From assembly GCA_027618515.1 (NCBI GenBank), contig JAQCEV010000001.1, positions 3,005 to 67,004 of the forward strand: a DNA stretch of 64,000 nt. Reading direction: 5' to 3'. Positions 8,674 through 18,680 of this stretch are shown here, piece by piece. The DNA comes from Chloroflexota bacterium. Lineage in GTDB: Bacteria; Chloroflexota; Dehalococcoidia; Lucifugimonadales; Australimonadaceae. The first letter of the stretch is position 1. The number at the start of each line of letters is the position of its first letter. Under the pieces are notes generated by a model. The model saw nothing but the letters and a program-made list of their open reading frames with translations. It did not search any database and was not told the origin of the DNA. The translations under genes and the position numbers were made by a program.

Positions 8674-8904
8674 GGATTGCCACTCTTGCGAGAAAGCGAA
8701 AGTCGATTTACGGGTAAACCTGCCCGCCCCTCTTCCGTGATTACCCATCTGCGGGCTATCGTTTCCGCTCGTTGATTTCGCGGAAACCGGTTCCTATCGA
8801 GAGAGAAGAATTTGGGTTTCGCCACTCATCAATTCAACCTGCCCGCCCGCGGCGCCGACTGCTCTCTGGGCGCGCAGGCTGCCTAAGCGGCGAGCGGAAG
8901 CCCA

Positions 8905-9201
8905 GTGGGCGAGGCGCTAGCGATGGCTTGGGCAGCCGGTAGGGCGACGCAGAAGGTGGACGAAGAGCAGAACTTGGATCACGCCTTTGGCTCGGGAACG
9001 ATCACGGCGGAGCAGGTCAGTTCGATGACCGAACGTATCTCTGACCTGGAAGGACAGCTTCGTAATGTTCACCTTCAGGCGCACATAGTGCTGGCCGACA
9101 TCCTCACGGCATCCCAGGTAGCTACCTACGATGCGTTGCGGGGTTATGGAGTAGGCGAAGGCGACACTTCGCACGTGATGCCAGAGTCGCACGCCATGTA
9201 G
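8905..9201 (+). pseudogene. Spy/CpxP-like (LTXXQ) protein, C-terminal part only
   Basis: LDHAFGSGTIT...LRNVHLQAH...ILTASQVATYDALRGY. No signal peptide or N-terminal half is evident. Confidence 0.55.
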
Positions 9202-9212
9202 CGGGTCAGGCG

Positions 9213-10231
9213 CTAGGCGTCGGCGGGTTCAGTGGCGAGGGCGTAGGCGGGTTCGTGGAGGGTGGCGGTGGCACCTGGGAAGTCGGTGGCGAGGACTGCG
9301 CCATCGATGGCGAGCTTGGTGGCGACGAGTGCGAGGCCTTTGATGCCGTCAGGAGTTTCGGTGACGGATGTGATGTGGCCTGCGTTCTTGCCGTCTTCGC
9401 TCACGAGCTTGGTGCCGGGGGCGACGGGGGCGTCGAGGTCGACGGCCATGAGGCGTCGCTGGATCTTGTTGTAGGTCTGGAGCCTGGCCAAGACTTCCTG
9501 GCCGGTGTAGCAGCCTTTGGTTTCGCTGATGGAACCGAACAGGCGGGCTTCCAGTGGATTATTGAAGAGGCCGAATTCGGAGTCCATGGCAGGCATGCCG
9601 TTGAGGACGCGGTGAGTTTCCCACGCATCGGCTGAGGTGAGTTGGGCGCCCACCTCAACGAGCGCGGCGAGGACCGCTTCGCGGTCGGCGAGGTTGCCCA
9701 GGATCTCATAGCCCTCAGCGCCACCGACGAGCCTGTGCCAGACGACGACCGATACGCTGGCGATCTGGACGCGAGCGATGGAGTCGAGGGAGATGTCAGC
9801 GACGTTTGCGGACACGGCGGCGACGGTCGATGGCGCGGTGGGGCCAGCGAGGGTGAGGTGGAAGGTGTCGCTGGTGCGATCTTCGACGGTGATATCTTCG
9901 GCGAAGGTGAACATGTCCAGCCAGTCGATGACGGTCTGGGCGTAGCCAGGGCTCGTTAGGCACCAGATGCCGTCGTCCAAGGCGGCGAGCGCCAGCAGGT
10001 CAACGACGCGCCCATCGGCGTTGGTGACGATGGTGGAGGAGCCCTGCCCTTCAGGCAGTTCTTCGAGTTTGTTGGTGGTGAGCCGGTTGAGAAGATCCAG
10101 GGCGTCTTCGCCGGTTATGAAGAGGCACCCGACGCTTGGCACACCGTCGCGCGCGACCAGGCCGCATGCGTTACGCAATGCGGCGAGGCCAGTCCGGTCA
10201 GGGCCAGTTCGCTCAGGAGTCGTAGCGCTCA
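9213..10231 (-). CDS. ygfZ: YgfZ/GcvT-family folate-binding Fe-S maintenance protein
   Basis: ITGEDALDLLNRLTTN and the KGCYTGQE signature. Likely start MSATTP near 10231. Confidence 0.9.
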
Positions 10232-10242
10232 TACCTGCAGCG

Positions 10243-10590
10243 CTAGACGGAGAACGATGTGCCGCAGCCGCAGGCCTTCTTGGCGTTTGGGTTGTTGAAG
10301 ATGAACCCTTTGCCGTTGAGCCCACCGGAGTAGTCGAGCTCGGTGCCAGCGAGGAAGATGTAGCTCTTCTTGTCGATGGCGAGCGTGACGCCGTTCTGGA
10401 CGATGACCTTGTCGGTCTCGCGGGCTTCGTCGACGAAGTCGAGGACGTAGGTGAGGCCGGAACATCCGCCGCCCTTCACGCCGACACGCAAGACACCGTC
10501 GTTCTTGCCTTCGCTGTTCATGAATGCGCCGACATGGTTGGCGGCGTTCTGGCTGATGGTGATCGTAAGAGGTTGCTCGGCTGTTGCCAT
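10243..10590 (-). CDS. iscA: A-type Fe-S carrier (IscA/ErpA/HesB)
   Basis: LRVGVKGGGCSG and NPNAKKACGCGTSF motifs. Confidence 0.95.
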   Translation of the reverse strand: MATAEQPLTITISQNAANHVGAFMNSEGKNDGVLRVGVKGGGCSGLTYVLDFVDEARETDKVIVQNGVTLAIDKKSYIFLAGTELDYSGGLNGKGFIFNNPNAKKACGCGTSFSV

Positions 10591-10686
10591 TTCCTCGTGC
10601 TCCAGTAAGAGATGTACGACTGAATCATACCATGCGACGAGCGCGAGCTACGTCCTCGCGGGACGGAGGGCTGCCGCTCGGCAGGA

Positions 10687-11889
10687 TTAGGCGATAGGGA
10701 GGTCTGGCGATGAGTCGGTTTGGGGGGTCTCGCCGGACAGGAGGCGGTAGGAGGCGAGGCGGTGCGCTCCGAACGGGGTTTGGGGCAGGACGGCTTCGAC
10801 GGCGCACCCGGGCTCACCACGGTGGAGACAGTGCCGAGTCTGACAGTGTTGAGATCGCTCGACTATCTCGGGGAAGCCGACCAGAAGGTCATCGGGGGAG
10901 ATGGGGCCAAGGCCGAATTCGCGGATGCCTGGAGAATCGACAACGTAGGTGTCGGGCGACGATAGCGGGATGAGCCGGGCGGACGTCGTGGTGTGCCGGC
11001 CCTTCCCTTCGCCTGAAATCGATTGCGTTATTTCGCCTGTCCTGCGCCCAAGATCTGGCTCAATGGCGTTCAGCAACGTGCTCTTTCCGACTCCAGAATG
11101 CCCCGTGAATAGGGATATCTTGCTCGCCAGCGCGTCCTTGAGCATGTCGATGCCATCGCCGGTCTCAGCACTCGTGGTGAACACGGTGACCCCGATCGAT
11201 CGGTACCCCTCAAGCATCGTTTCCACTTCGCTGGTCACGCCCAGGTCGGTCTTGTTCAGGCAAATGGCGAACGTGAGCTGCTCCAGCGCGGCAGCGGTGA
11301 GGTAGCGGTCGATGAGGCCAGGCCGGAACGGCGGTGACGTCGGGGAGCAAACGAGGACAACAAGGTCCAGGTTCGCCGCGATGGGGTCGAATGTGCTGCG
11401 GGCGTCAGTTTTGCCGACGAATCGCCCAAGCACAGAGCGCCGTGGCTCGACGCCGTCGATGCGTAGGCGGCCAGAGAGTGAGGTCACGCGGACATCGTCG
11501 CCTGCCACGATGGGCGACGGGATGCCTGAGACGACGAGACGAGCGGCGAGCTTCGCGATCTGGAGTTCGCCTTGGTTGGAGACAACAAAATCGAGGCCAC
11601 GAGCTTCGACGATGGTGACGATGGGAAGAGAATCCAGGTTCTTCGCGACAGGATGTGAGGTCGATCGCCGCTCGTAGCGCTCGAAGGTTTCGGGGTACTC
11701 GTCTTCCTCTAGGTCGGGCTCCCAGTCCTGCGCCCGACTGGCTCCCCGGTTCTTGGGCCTCGGGGGCTTCGAAGGCTTCGAGGGCTGCTGCGACTTGGCG
11801 GGAGGGGTTCCTCGGTTCTCTTTTTCTTCGAAGAACTTGCCGATCGCTCGAAGCTTGTGGGGGTCTAGGTTCGGTTGATCTGGTGCCAT
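10687..11889 (-). CDS. rsgA: Ribosome small subunit-dependent GTPase A with a disordered N-terminal extension
   Basis: IAANLD, NKTDL, GHSGVGKSTL, GRHTTT, DSPGIREF and the CQTRHCLHRGEPGC Zn site. ATG at 11889. Confidence 0.95.
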   Translation of the reverse strand: MAPDQPNLDPHKLRAIGKFFEEKENRGTPPAKSQQPSKPSKPPRPKNRGASRAQDWEPDLEEDEYPETFERYERRSTSHPVAKNLDSLPIVTIVEARGLDFVVSNQGELQIAKLAARLVVSGIPSPIVAGDDVRVTSLSGRLRIDGVEPRRSVLGRFVGKTDARSTFDPIAANLDLVVLVCSPTSPPFRPGLIDRYLTAAALEQLTFAICLNKTDLGVTSEVETMLEGYRSIGVTVFTTSAETGDGIDMLKDALASKISLFTGHSGVGKSTLLNAIEPDLGRRTGEITQSISGEGKGRHTTTSARLIPLSSPDTYVVDSPGIREFGLGPISPDDLLVGFPEIVERSQHCQTRHCLHRGEPGCAVEAVLPQTPFGAHRLASYRLLSGETPQTDSSPDLPIA

Positions 11890-11937
11890 GGCGTGCGCCG
11901 ATTCTACAGGTGTGATCGCGCTCGTGGGGTCAAGATT

Positions 11938-11960
11938 TACACGGATTCGTGTATAATACA
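11938..11960. promoter_or_regulatory. Palindromic operator overlapping the -10 box of the XRE gene
   Basis: TACACG-GATT-CGTGTA (11938-11953) overlaps TATAAT (11952-11957); a second dyad TGTA-TAA-TACA at 11950-11960. Confidence 0.7.
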
Positions 11961-11989
11961 GGTTAAGTCCAGAGTGGGGAGGAATCGCA

Positions 11990-12238
11990 GTGGAGTATGG
12001 AAGCGAGTGGGACGCGGAGTCGGTGGCGGCGTTGCGGGCGCGGTTGGAGATGACGCAGGCGGAGTTCTCGGAGACGCTGGGCGTGCGGCAGCAGACGGTG
12101 AGCGAGTGGGAGACGCGGATGCATGCGCCGAAGGGTGCATCGAAGAAGCTGCTGTCGATGGTTCGCGAGCAGGCGGGGTCGTATAAGACGAGCAACTCTC
12201 GTGAGACGGGACAGGCGGGCGAGTCGGGCGTCAAGTGA
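11990..12238 (+). CDS. XRE-family HTH transcriptional regulator
   Basis: LRARLEMTQAEFSETLGVRQQTVSEWE; SD GGAGGA. Confidence 0.92.
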   Translation: MEYGSEWDAESVAALRARLEMTQAEFSETLGVRQQTVSEWETRMHAPKGASKKLLSMVREQAGSYKTSNSRETGQAGESGVK

Positions 12239-13608
12239 CGACGTACGCCTACCCGAAGTACGTGCCGGCGGGCGGCTGGTGGCGAAGGGTGATCCGCGAT
12301 CCGGTGCTGCCGGAGCGGTTGCTGGCGAAGCTTTGGCGAGGCAAGACGGGGGCGTCGCTGCGCACGACGGACGGGCAGACGGTGGAGGTGATCTATCCCG
12401 GTAGGCCAGCGCCAGGGCACGGGCCCGATTTCCGGGACGCGATCTTGAAGCTGGGGCCTCGCACGATCAAGGGGCCCGTGGAGCTACACCGGGTGCCGTC
12501 GGACTGGAAGGCGCACGGGCACGATGGGGATCGGGCGTATGACAACGTGGTATTGCACGTTGTGGCTTCGATTGGCGAAACTCCAATTCGACCTACTCGT
12601 AAGACCACGATTGGCCCAATAGCCAAGAAGGCGACGACGTTGACGACGACACTTGATAGAGATGTGCGCGTGCCTGCGTACGCGGCGCTACCGACGGTGG
12701 TGCTGACTACTCCGTTACAGGACGGTGAGAACGCTCAGGTCCAGGCCAGATGTGCGGGCCCGCTGGGGGCGTTGGCGTCTTTGAGCAACGATGCGCTGAA
12801 AGAGCGATTGCGGGCGGCCGGGATGCGTCGGTTCGAAGAGCGAGTGGCGTTGGCGCGGAAGGCGTTGGCGGTGCGTAGCGCCGATTCGGTGCTGTTCGCT
12901 CGGATCGCGGACGGGCTCGGATACGCGGAGAATCGTGAACCGTTCGCGGAATTGATCCGTCGCGTGCCGCTGACCGTGCTCCGCGCTGCGGGTCACACGG
13001 CGGTTCCCGATCAACGAGCGGCGTTCATTGAGCGGTTGCTCCTCGGCGGGGCCGGGCTTGCACCCAGAACCAACGAGTGGGATGCGATCGTGGGGATACC
13101 GCCAATGTCGGCTAGCGCGTGGCGCAGTGCTGGGGTGAGGCCTGCGAATCACCCTCGACGGCGGTTGGCGGCTTTGTCGCATTACGTGGCGGTCTCTGAT
13201 CCGCTGGGGTTCGCAGGATGGCTACAGTTCCCGGTGGCTGAGGGGGCGAGCGCGTTGATCCACGCGCTGACCGTGGAGTCCGCCGGAACGGTTGCAGGAG
13301 AGGGTTCAGCGTTGGTGGGTGATGCGCGGGCGAAGGAGATCGCGGTGAATGCGGTGTTGCCCGTGTTGGCGGCGATGAACACGCCCGGGGTGCCGAGTAC
13401 AGCAGACGCCTCACTTGGAACCCCGGCGGGACAAACCTATGCGGGGTTTCCGGCGCTGGGTGGCAATACGGTGTTGCGGGAAGCGCTGATGCTGCTGGGA
13501 CCGCGCCGTGGCTTGCGGTTGGGCGCATGCGAGCAGTTGGGGTTGCAGCGGTTGTACCAGGAGGCGGTGGCGCCGAGCGATGAGCCAACCGACCGACCAG
13601 ACAGCTAG
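12235..13608 (+). CDS. DUF2851-family protein
   Basis: LRTTDGQTVEVIYPG...GPDFRDA...GPVELH...SDWKAHGHDGDRAYDNVVLHVV, LGYAENREPF, RPANHPRRRL and INAVLP-like motifs; GTGA overlap with the HTH gene. Confidence 0.85.
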   Translation: MTTYAYPKYVPAGGWWRRVIRDPVLPERLLAKLWRGKTGASLRTTDGQTVEVIYPGRPAPGHGPDFRDAILKLGPRTIKGPVELHRVPSDWKAHGHDGDRAYDNVVLHVVASIGETPIRPTRKTTIGPIAKKATTLTTTLDRDVRVPAYAALPTVVLTTPLQDGENAQVQARCAGPLGALASLSNDALKERLRAAGMRRFEERVALARKALAVRSADSVLFARIADGLGYAENREPFAELIRRVPLTVLRAAGHTAVPDQRAAFIERLLLGGAGLAPRTNEWDAIVGIPPMSASAWRSAGVRPANHPRRRLAALSHYVAVSDPLGFAGWLQFPVAEGASALIHALTVESAGTVAGEGSALVGDARAKEIAVNAVLPVLAAMNTPGVPSTADASLGTPAGQTYAGFPALGGNTVLREALMLLGPRRGLRLGACEQLGLQRLYQEAVAPSDEPTDRPDS

Positions 13609-14195
13609 GCGATGTAGACGGCTCGGAAGGCTTTGAAGACGTGACGCGGGATGAACGCGAGGCGCCCCACGAGGCCTGTGGCAAGCGACGCGGCGATGAC
13701 GCCGAGGATGGCACCGCCCACGATGTCCGTGGGGTAGTGGACTCCAGCGTAGACGCGGGCGAGGCCCCAGAGGGACGCGAGGACGTAGAGCGCTGCCCCA
13801 AGTCGACGATGCCTGATCCAGACGACGGTGGCGATGGCGAATCCGACGCTGGCGGGGTTCGCGGGAAAGCTGGAGTCGGTGGGTGCGTAGAAGTAGAGGT
13901 TGATGTCGAGGTCGACGAAGGGTCGATCCCGGAACGTCAGCAGGTTGGAGATGGTGACGAGTGCGTTGGAGAACCCTACGGCGATGCCTCCAGTGAGGGT
14001 GACAAGCTGGTTGCGGTAGCGCTCCGCGTCTGACGATCCGCTGAACCAGAGTCCGAGCAAGACGAGGCTGCTGAGCACAGGGACGAGGTAGTCGCTGACG
14101 AGCGCTTCCATGAGCGCGTCCAGCGCCGCTGAACGCCCGACGAATCCGTTAAGCCACAGGACGAGGGCCTCGTCGATGTGCGCCACTTGACTCAT
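13605..14195 (-). CDS. PAP2-family phosphatase (BcrC/undecaprenyl-diphosphatase-like)
   Basis: RDRPF, SSFPANP and ARVYAGVHYPTDI motifs. Confidence 0.9.
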   Translation of the reverse strand: MSQVAHIDEALVLWLNGFVGRSAALDALMEALVSDYLVPVLSSLVLLGLWFSGSSDAERYRNQLVTLTGGIAVGFSNALVTISNLLTFRDRPFVDLDINLYFYAPTDSSFPANPASVGFAIATVVWIRHRRLGAALYVLASLWGLARVYAGVHYPTDIVGGAILGVIAASLATGLVGRLAFIPRHVFKAFRAVYIA

Positions 14196-14659
14196 CCCGC
14201 GCCTACCCGCTCAGACGCGGTGGACGCGGAACGTCGCGAGTGTGCGACGCGAGCGCGGATGGCGTGGAAGAACGTCGTTCGTGAAAACCAAGTCATGCCG
14301 GTAGGGGGAACTTCCCCTGATTGACAGTCCCAACCGTGGTTATTGCCCCACCGGTGGTTGATGAGGCTGGTGACAGCCAGGGTCGCGCCTACGGCCGCTG
14401 CACCGGACATGGCGAACCAGAACGCTTGAATGTTGGCGTCGAGGCCCAGCCCAGTATCGGGCTGGTTGCGTTCTCCGGTCATGAAGTACCAGAGGATTGC
14501 CACCAGGATCACTAGGACGCTGACACCCATGGTGGCCCTAGGCCACCGACGGGCGTACAGGATGCCCCACAGTCCGCTTCGTGCGGCAGCGAACTGGATG
14601 ACGCAGAGGGCGCTAACGAACACCCAGACGATGTAGTCGATAAGGAACGCAGACAGCAT
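14192..14659 (-). CDS. Hypothetical membrane protein (about 3 TM)
   Basis: Hydrophobic segments; lies 9 nt downstream of ilvE and overlaps the PAP2 gene start. Confidence 0.75.
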   Translation of the reverse strand: MLSAFLIDYIVWVFVSALCVIQFAAARSGLWGILYARRWPRATMGVSVLVILVAILWYFMTGERNQPDTGLGLDANIQAFWFAMSGAAAVGATLAVTSLINHRWGNNHGWDCQSGEVPPTGMTWFSRTTFFHAIRARVAHSRRSASTASERVGAG

Positions 14660-14668
14660 AGTCAGTTG

Positions 14669-15604
14669 TTACGAGGCCGCGCCCTTGGGTTCCGCGACGG
14701 TAAGCTGGTGCATGTACTTGGGGTTCTGTCCCCTAACGATGGGGAAGTAGAGATCCTGGAGCTTGCGCGTCACGGGGCCGATGCCGCCATCGCCGACGTT
14801 TCGGTAGTCGACGCTGCCGACGCCCTGGATGTGGGCTGCGGTGCCGGTCAGGAAGACTTCTTCAGCGGTGTAGAGCTCGCTGCGGTCGACCGAGCGCTCT
14901 TCGATCTTCATGCCCAACTCCTCGCGAGCAAGGGCGATGACCGTGTCACGGGTGATGCCGGGGAGCACGTTGCTCTCGAGCGATGGTGTGGCGATGGTGT
15001 CGCCATCGACGAAGAAGATGTTCTCGCCGGTGCCTTCGCAGACGTGGCCGTCCATGTTCAGGAGGATGGCTTCGTCGAAGCCCATGGCGATGGCGTCGGT
15101 CTTGGCGAGGATCGAGTTGAGGTAGAGGCCGCTGAGCTTGAAGCGCGGCGGGATCATGGTGTCATCGATGCGGCGATACGAAGCGACCTGGCAACTGATG
15201 GCGCCGTCAGAGTCGATGTAATTACCGAAGGGAACGGCCAGGCACATGAAGCCGTCAGCCAACGATCGGAGGTTGAGGTTCGCGACCTTTTCCTCTGATT
15301 TGAAGGCCATGGGCCGGATGTAGATATCCTGCTGGAAGCCACTACGTTCAACGACTTCGATGGTGATCTGGATCAGCTCATCGATGGTGTAGCCGGGATC
15401 CATCCAGAGCATCTTGCAGCCACGGAGCATACGTTCGTAGTGCTCACGCAGCTTGAACATATACATCTTGCCGTCGGCTTCGTTCCAGTTGCCGCGGATG
15501 CCTTCGAAGGCGCCGGTCCCATAGTGGAGGGCATGCGTCATGATGCCTACCTTCGCATCCTCGAGCGGAACGTATTGTCCGTTGAGGAAAGCCACTCCAG
15601 CCAT
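14669..15604 (-). CDS. ilvE: Branched-chain amino acid aminotransferase
   Basis: HALHYGTGAFEGIRG, EGTGENIF, LPGITRDT and EVFLTGTAA motifs. Confidence 0.96.
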   Translation of the reverse strand: MAGVAFLNGQYVPLEDAKVGIMTHALHYGTGAFEGIRGNWNEADGKMYMFKLREHYERMLRGCKMLWMDPGYTIDELIQITIEVVERSGFQQDIYIRPMAFKSEEKVANLNLRSLADGFMCLAVPFGNYIDSDGAISCQVASYRRIDDTMIPPRFKLSGLYLNSILAKTDAIAMGFDEAILLNMDGHVCEGTGENIFFVDGDTIATPSLESNVLPGITRDTVIALAREELGMKIEERSVDRSELYTAEEVFLTGTAAHIQGVGSVDYRNVGDGGIGPVTRKLQDLYFPIVRGQNPKYMHQLTVAEPKGAAS

Positions 15605-15670
15605 GATGCACACCTCTTGAGTTGGGTGGCCGGGTGCCATGCCTGAAGCACATCACCAAGCCGTCTAGGG

Positions 15671-15700
15671 ATTATCCGAGTCGTCGCCTGGCACTGTCAA
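15671..15700 (-). promoter_or_regulatory. Sigma70-type promoter of ilvE
   Basis: TTGACA-N18-GATAAT on the minus strand. Confidence 0.65.
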
Positions 15701-15775
15701 CGCGCCAGAGCATTCTCGCGACGTAGAGCAGACCTGCGCTTCAATCTGATACCTTTCCGTTTGTCTTATATAACC

Positions 15776-16156
15776 ATGTTTAATCGTCCGATCTATCAGG
15801 CCTCAATCGTGTTCCTTTCATTGCTGGCTTTGGCCGGGGGGATAGCGCTGCTTCTCGCCCAGGGTGGGCCGACGGGGGTGGTGATCACCCAGCCCCCAGA
15901 GCGAACAACGTCAAGTGAGGGCACTCCTGAGGTGCAGGTGGCCGGGGAGCCCTCGGATGCGTTGGTGGATATCAATTCGGCGACAGCCAATGAGCTCGTC
16001 GCGCTGCCCGGGGTGGGGCCCGTGTTGTCGGAGCGGATCGTGGCGTACCGGCAGGCGAATGGTCGTTTCGAGCGTGCCGATCAGTTGATGGCGGTCGCGG
16101 GTATCGGGCCTGCGACGTACGAGGCGATCCGTGATCTGATCACGGTGGGTGACTAG
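15776..16156 (+). CDS. comEA: ComEA-family DNA receptor (TM plus helix-hairpin-helix)
   Basis: VDINSATANELVALPGVGP...F...L.AVAGIGP; N-terminal TM; overlaps comEC. Confidence 0.93.
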   Translation: MFNRPIYQASIVFLSLLALAGGIALLLAQGGPTGVVITQPPERTTSSEGTPEVQVAGEPSDALVDINSATANELVALPGVGPVLSERIVAYRQANGRFERADQLMAVAGIGPATYEAIRDLITVGD

Positions 16157-18611
16157 CAGGATGCCTCTTGCGTGGGCTGGGCTTGGATGTTCGCTAGGGT
16201 TGTTCTGGGGCGCGGCACATCCCGTCTCGTGGCTGGCAGTTGCATTGCTGTCGATAGCCTTGGCAGGCGGGTACGTGCTCGCGCGGTCAGCGTCGCTGCG
16301 GGTCGGTGGAGTGGCTTTGCTGCTCGCTGGGGCACTGGTGGGCGTGCTGCGAGGCGGCGATGGTCTTCTTGATGGCGCTGAAGGGCTGGTCGCGCACCAC
16401 GGCGATGGGGTGACTATCACGGGGACGGTCGTGGGCACGCCGGAGGCGATCGGTACGCGGGTGCGTCTGACGTTGGACGTGGAGAGCGTCCGCACGCCCG
16501 ACCGACGAACGCCCAGCGGAGTCGATTGGCCAGTGGACGCACGCGCGGTCGTTTGGGTGGGACGCGATATCGCGCCGCTCCCCGGTCGGGCGTTCCCATT
16601 CCTGGCACACGGCGATCTGGTGACGGTCGTGGGGAAACTCGGGGCTCCTGAGGCGATCGGCGTTTTCGATTATCCAGAGCATCTGGCGGCACGGGGTATC
16701 AGCGATGTGCTGACGCTGGGGCGCGTGGCAGCCGTTGAGGCAAGGGATGGCGGCGGGCTGATGGGGACGGTTCATGGCTGGCGACGCAGTTTGGCGGGCG
16801 CAGTGGAGCGGCACGTTCCAGAGCCGCAGGCGGCGGTGGTGAATGCCCTGACCTTGGGGTTGCGTGGAGGAATAACGCCCGAGGTCAACGAAGCGTTCAG
16901 GACTTCAGGGTTGTCACATCTGCTGGCGGTCTCGGGTCTCCACGTGGGCGTGCTGTTGGCGATGGTGCTTGGGGTGTCGGCACGCGTGATCGGAAGGCAC
17001 CGGTTGGTATACCTGTTGCCACCGCTGGTGCTGCTGTGGGCGTAGGTCCTGCTAGCGGGTGCGCCGCCTTCAGCGATCCGGGCGGGCCTCATGGGGTCAG
17101 TGTTGCTGCTGGCACTGGGTACGGGTCGGGCTGCTGTGCCGGTGAATGCGCTGGGGCTGACGGTGGTGCTGGTGCTGATGCTGGATCCCGCGACGCTTTG
17201 GGATCGAGCGTTTCAGATGAGTGCGGCAGCGATGGCGGGGGTGCTCTTGATGGGGTTACCGCTAGCGAACCGGGCGTTCCGCTTGGGCAGGGGGCGGGCG
17301 ATGTGGGCGCAACTGGCGAGCACGTTCCTGCTGGCGCCGTTGGCCGTATCGCTGGGCGCCGTGGCTGGGTCGATGCCATTGGTGGCGTTCAATTTCGGAC
17401 AGATCCCTCTGCTGAGTATCCCCGCGACGCTGATCGCGATGCCATTGGTGGCGCCGTTGTTGGTGATGGGGTTGCTGACGGGCCTGGTGGGGTTGGCAGT
17501 GCCGCCGTTGGCGCCGGTGGTTGGCCTGGTACCGGCGGGTTTCGGCGGGCTGCTGGTGGCGCTCGCTGAGGCGACGGCAGCGGTGCCCCGAGCAACGGTT
17601 GAAACGAGCGTGTCGGTGGAGTGGGTGTGGAGCGGGTACGCAGCGCTGGCTATCGTGGCAGCGGTCGTGTATCGGGAGTGGTGGTTGCCCAACGCCCGCG
17701 AGTTTGGCGCGGTGGTCTGGCGCGGGCCGCAACGTCGTGCAGCAACGCTGGCCATGATTTGTGCGTTCGCGGTGCTGGCGGCATGGCCGTGGGCGGCGTT
17801 GGCATTCGACGAGGGCGACGGGCTGCTGCACGTGTACTTCTTGGACGTGGGCCAGGGAGATGCGACGTTGATCGTGGGGCCGTCGGGGCACAGCGTGTTG
17901 ATCGACGGGGGCCGCGATCCGCGTCAGACGATCAACTCGATCGACCGGCTGCTACCGGACGGCGGTGTGGTTATCGACGTGGGAGTACTGACGCACCCCG
18001 ACGCGGATCACGCGAACGGGGTGCTGGAGTTGGCGAGTAGGGGCAGGTTCGGCACTTTGCTGGTGGCGCATGCCATTGATGACGCAGGGCAGCGAAAGCT
18101 AGATGCGTTTCGTGCGACGGGCGCGACTGTGGGGGCGGCGGTCAGCGGTACGGTGGTCGATCTGGGCGACGGGGTCGTGTTGGACATCCTGTACCCGCCC
18201 GATCCTCCGGTGTCGGGGACGGGTGCCGACGTGAACAACAATAGTGTTGCGGCGATGCTGTCGTGGCGAGAGGCGTCGGTGTTGTTCACGGGTGATCTGC
18301 ACGTGGAGGGCGAGGGGATACTGCTAAGTCTGGCGGGGGAGGTAGACGCGGACGTGTTGCAGGTGGGGCATCACGGGTCTGCAACGTCTAGCTCGGCGGC
18401 GTTCCTTGACGCGGTGTCGCCTATGGCCGCAGTGATTTCGGTGGGCGAGAACAATCCGTTCGGCCACCCGGCTGAGGAGGTCGTGGAGCGGTTACGGGAG
18501 TACACCACTCCGGGGGCGCTGTTCAACACGGCTCAGGGTGGGACGGTGGAGGTGTTCACCGATGGCACTCGTTGGTTCTCAACCAAGGCGGCGGCGTGGG
18601 ATATCGAGTAG
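16149..18611 (+). pseudogene. comEC: DNA uptake channel ComEC/Rec2 interrupted by an in-frame TAG at 17043-17045
   Basis: OB-like domain, GLSHLLAVSGLHV, then LLWA*VLLAGAPPSAIRAGLM in the same frame, and a beta-lactamase domain (DVGQGD, THPDADHANG, HHGS, GHP). Confidence 0.92.
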
Positions 18612-18680
18612 TGTCGACGCAGGGGGTCAGGAATGCCGTTGGTATACTGACGGCACCCCATTCATATAGGACGGTTCCAT

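Noticed and set aside
8675-8900. c-di-GMP-I riboswitch, SRP RNA or integron attC
   Set aside because: GGGTAAACC resembles the GEMM start but the GAAA tetraloop/receptor pattern is missing. No SRP core motif or attC boxes are recognisable.
11890-12420. 577-aa RsgA with a long N-terminal extension as called in the ORF track
   Set aside because: The extension is the antisense shadow of the XRE and DUF2851 genes and crosses their promoter; ATG 11889 is the plausible start.
1413-17045. Amber (TAG) recoding or pyrrolysine suggested by in-frame TAGs at 1620-1622 and 17043-17045
   Set aside because: Many conserved genes here (fabG, iscA, rpmH, ssb, purF, tsaD) end at TAG at their expected C-termini and no pyl genes are in the window. 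The 1620 TAG is followed by an ATG that starts a complete receiver domain.
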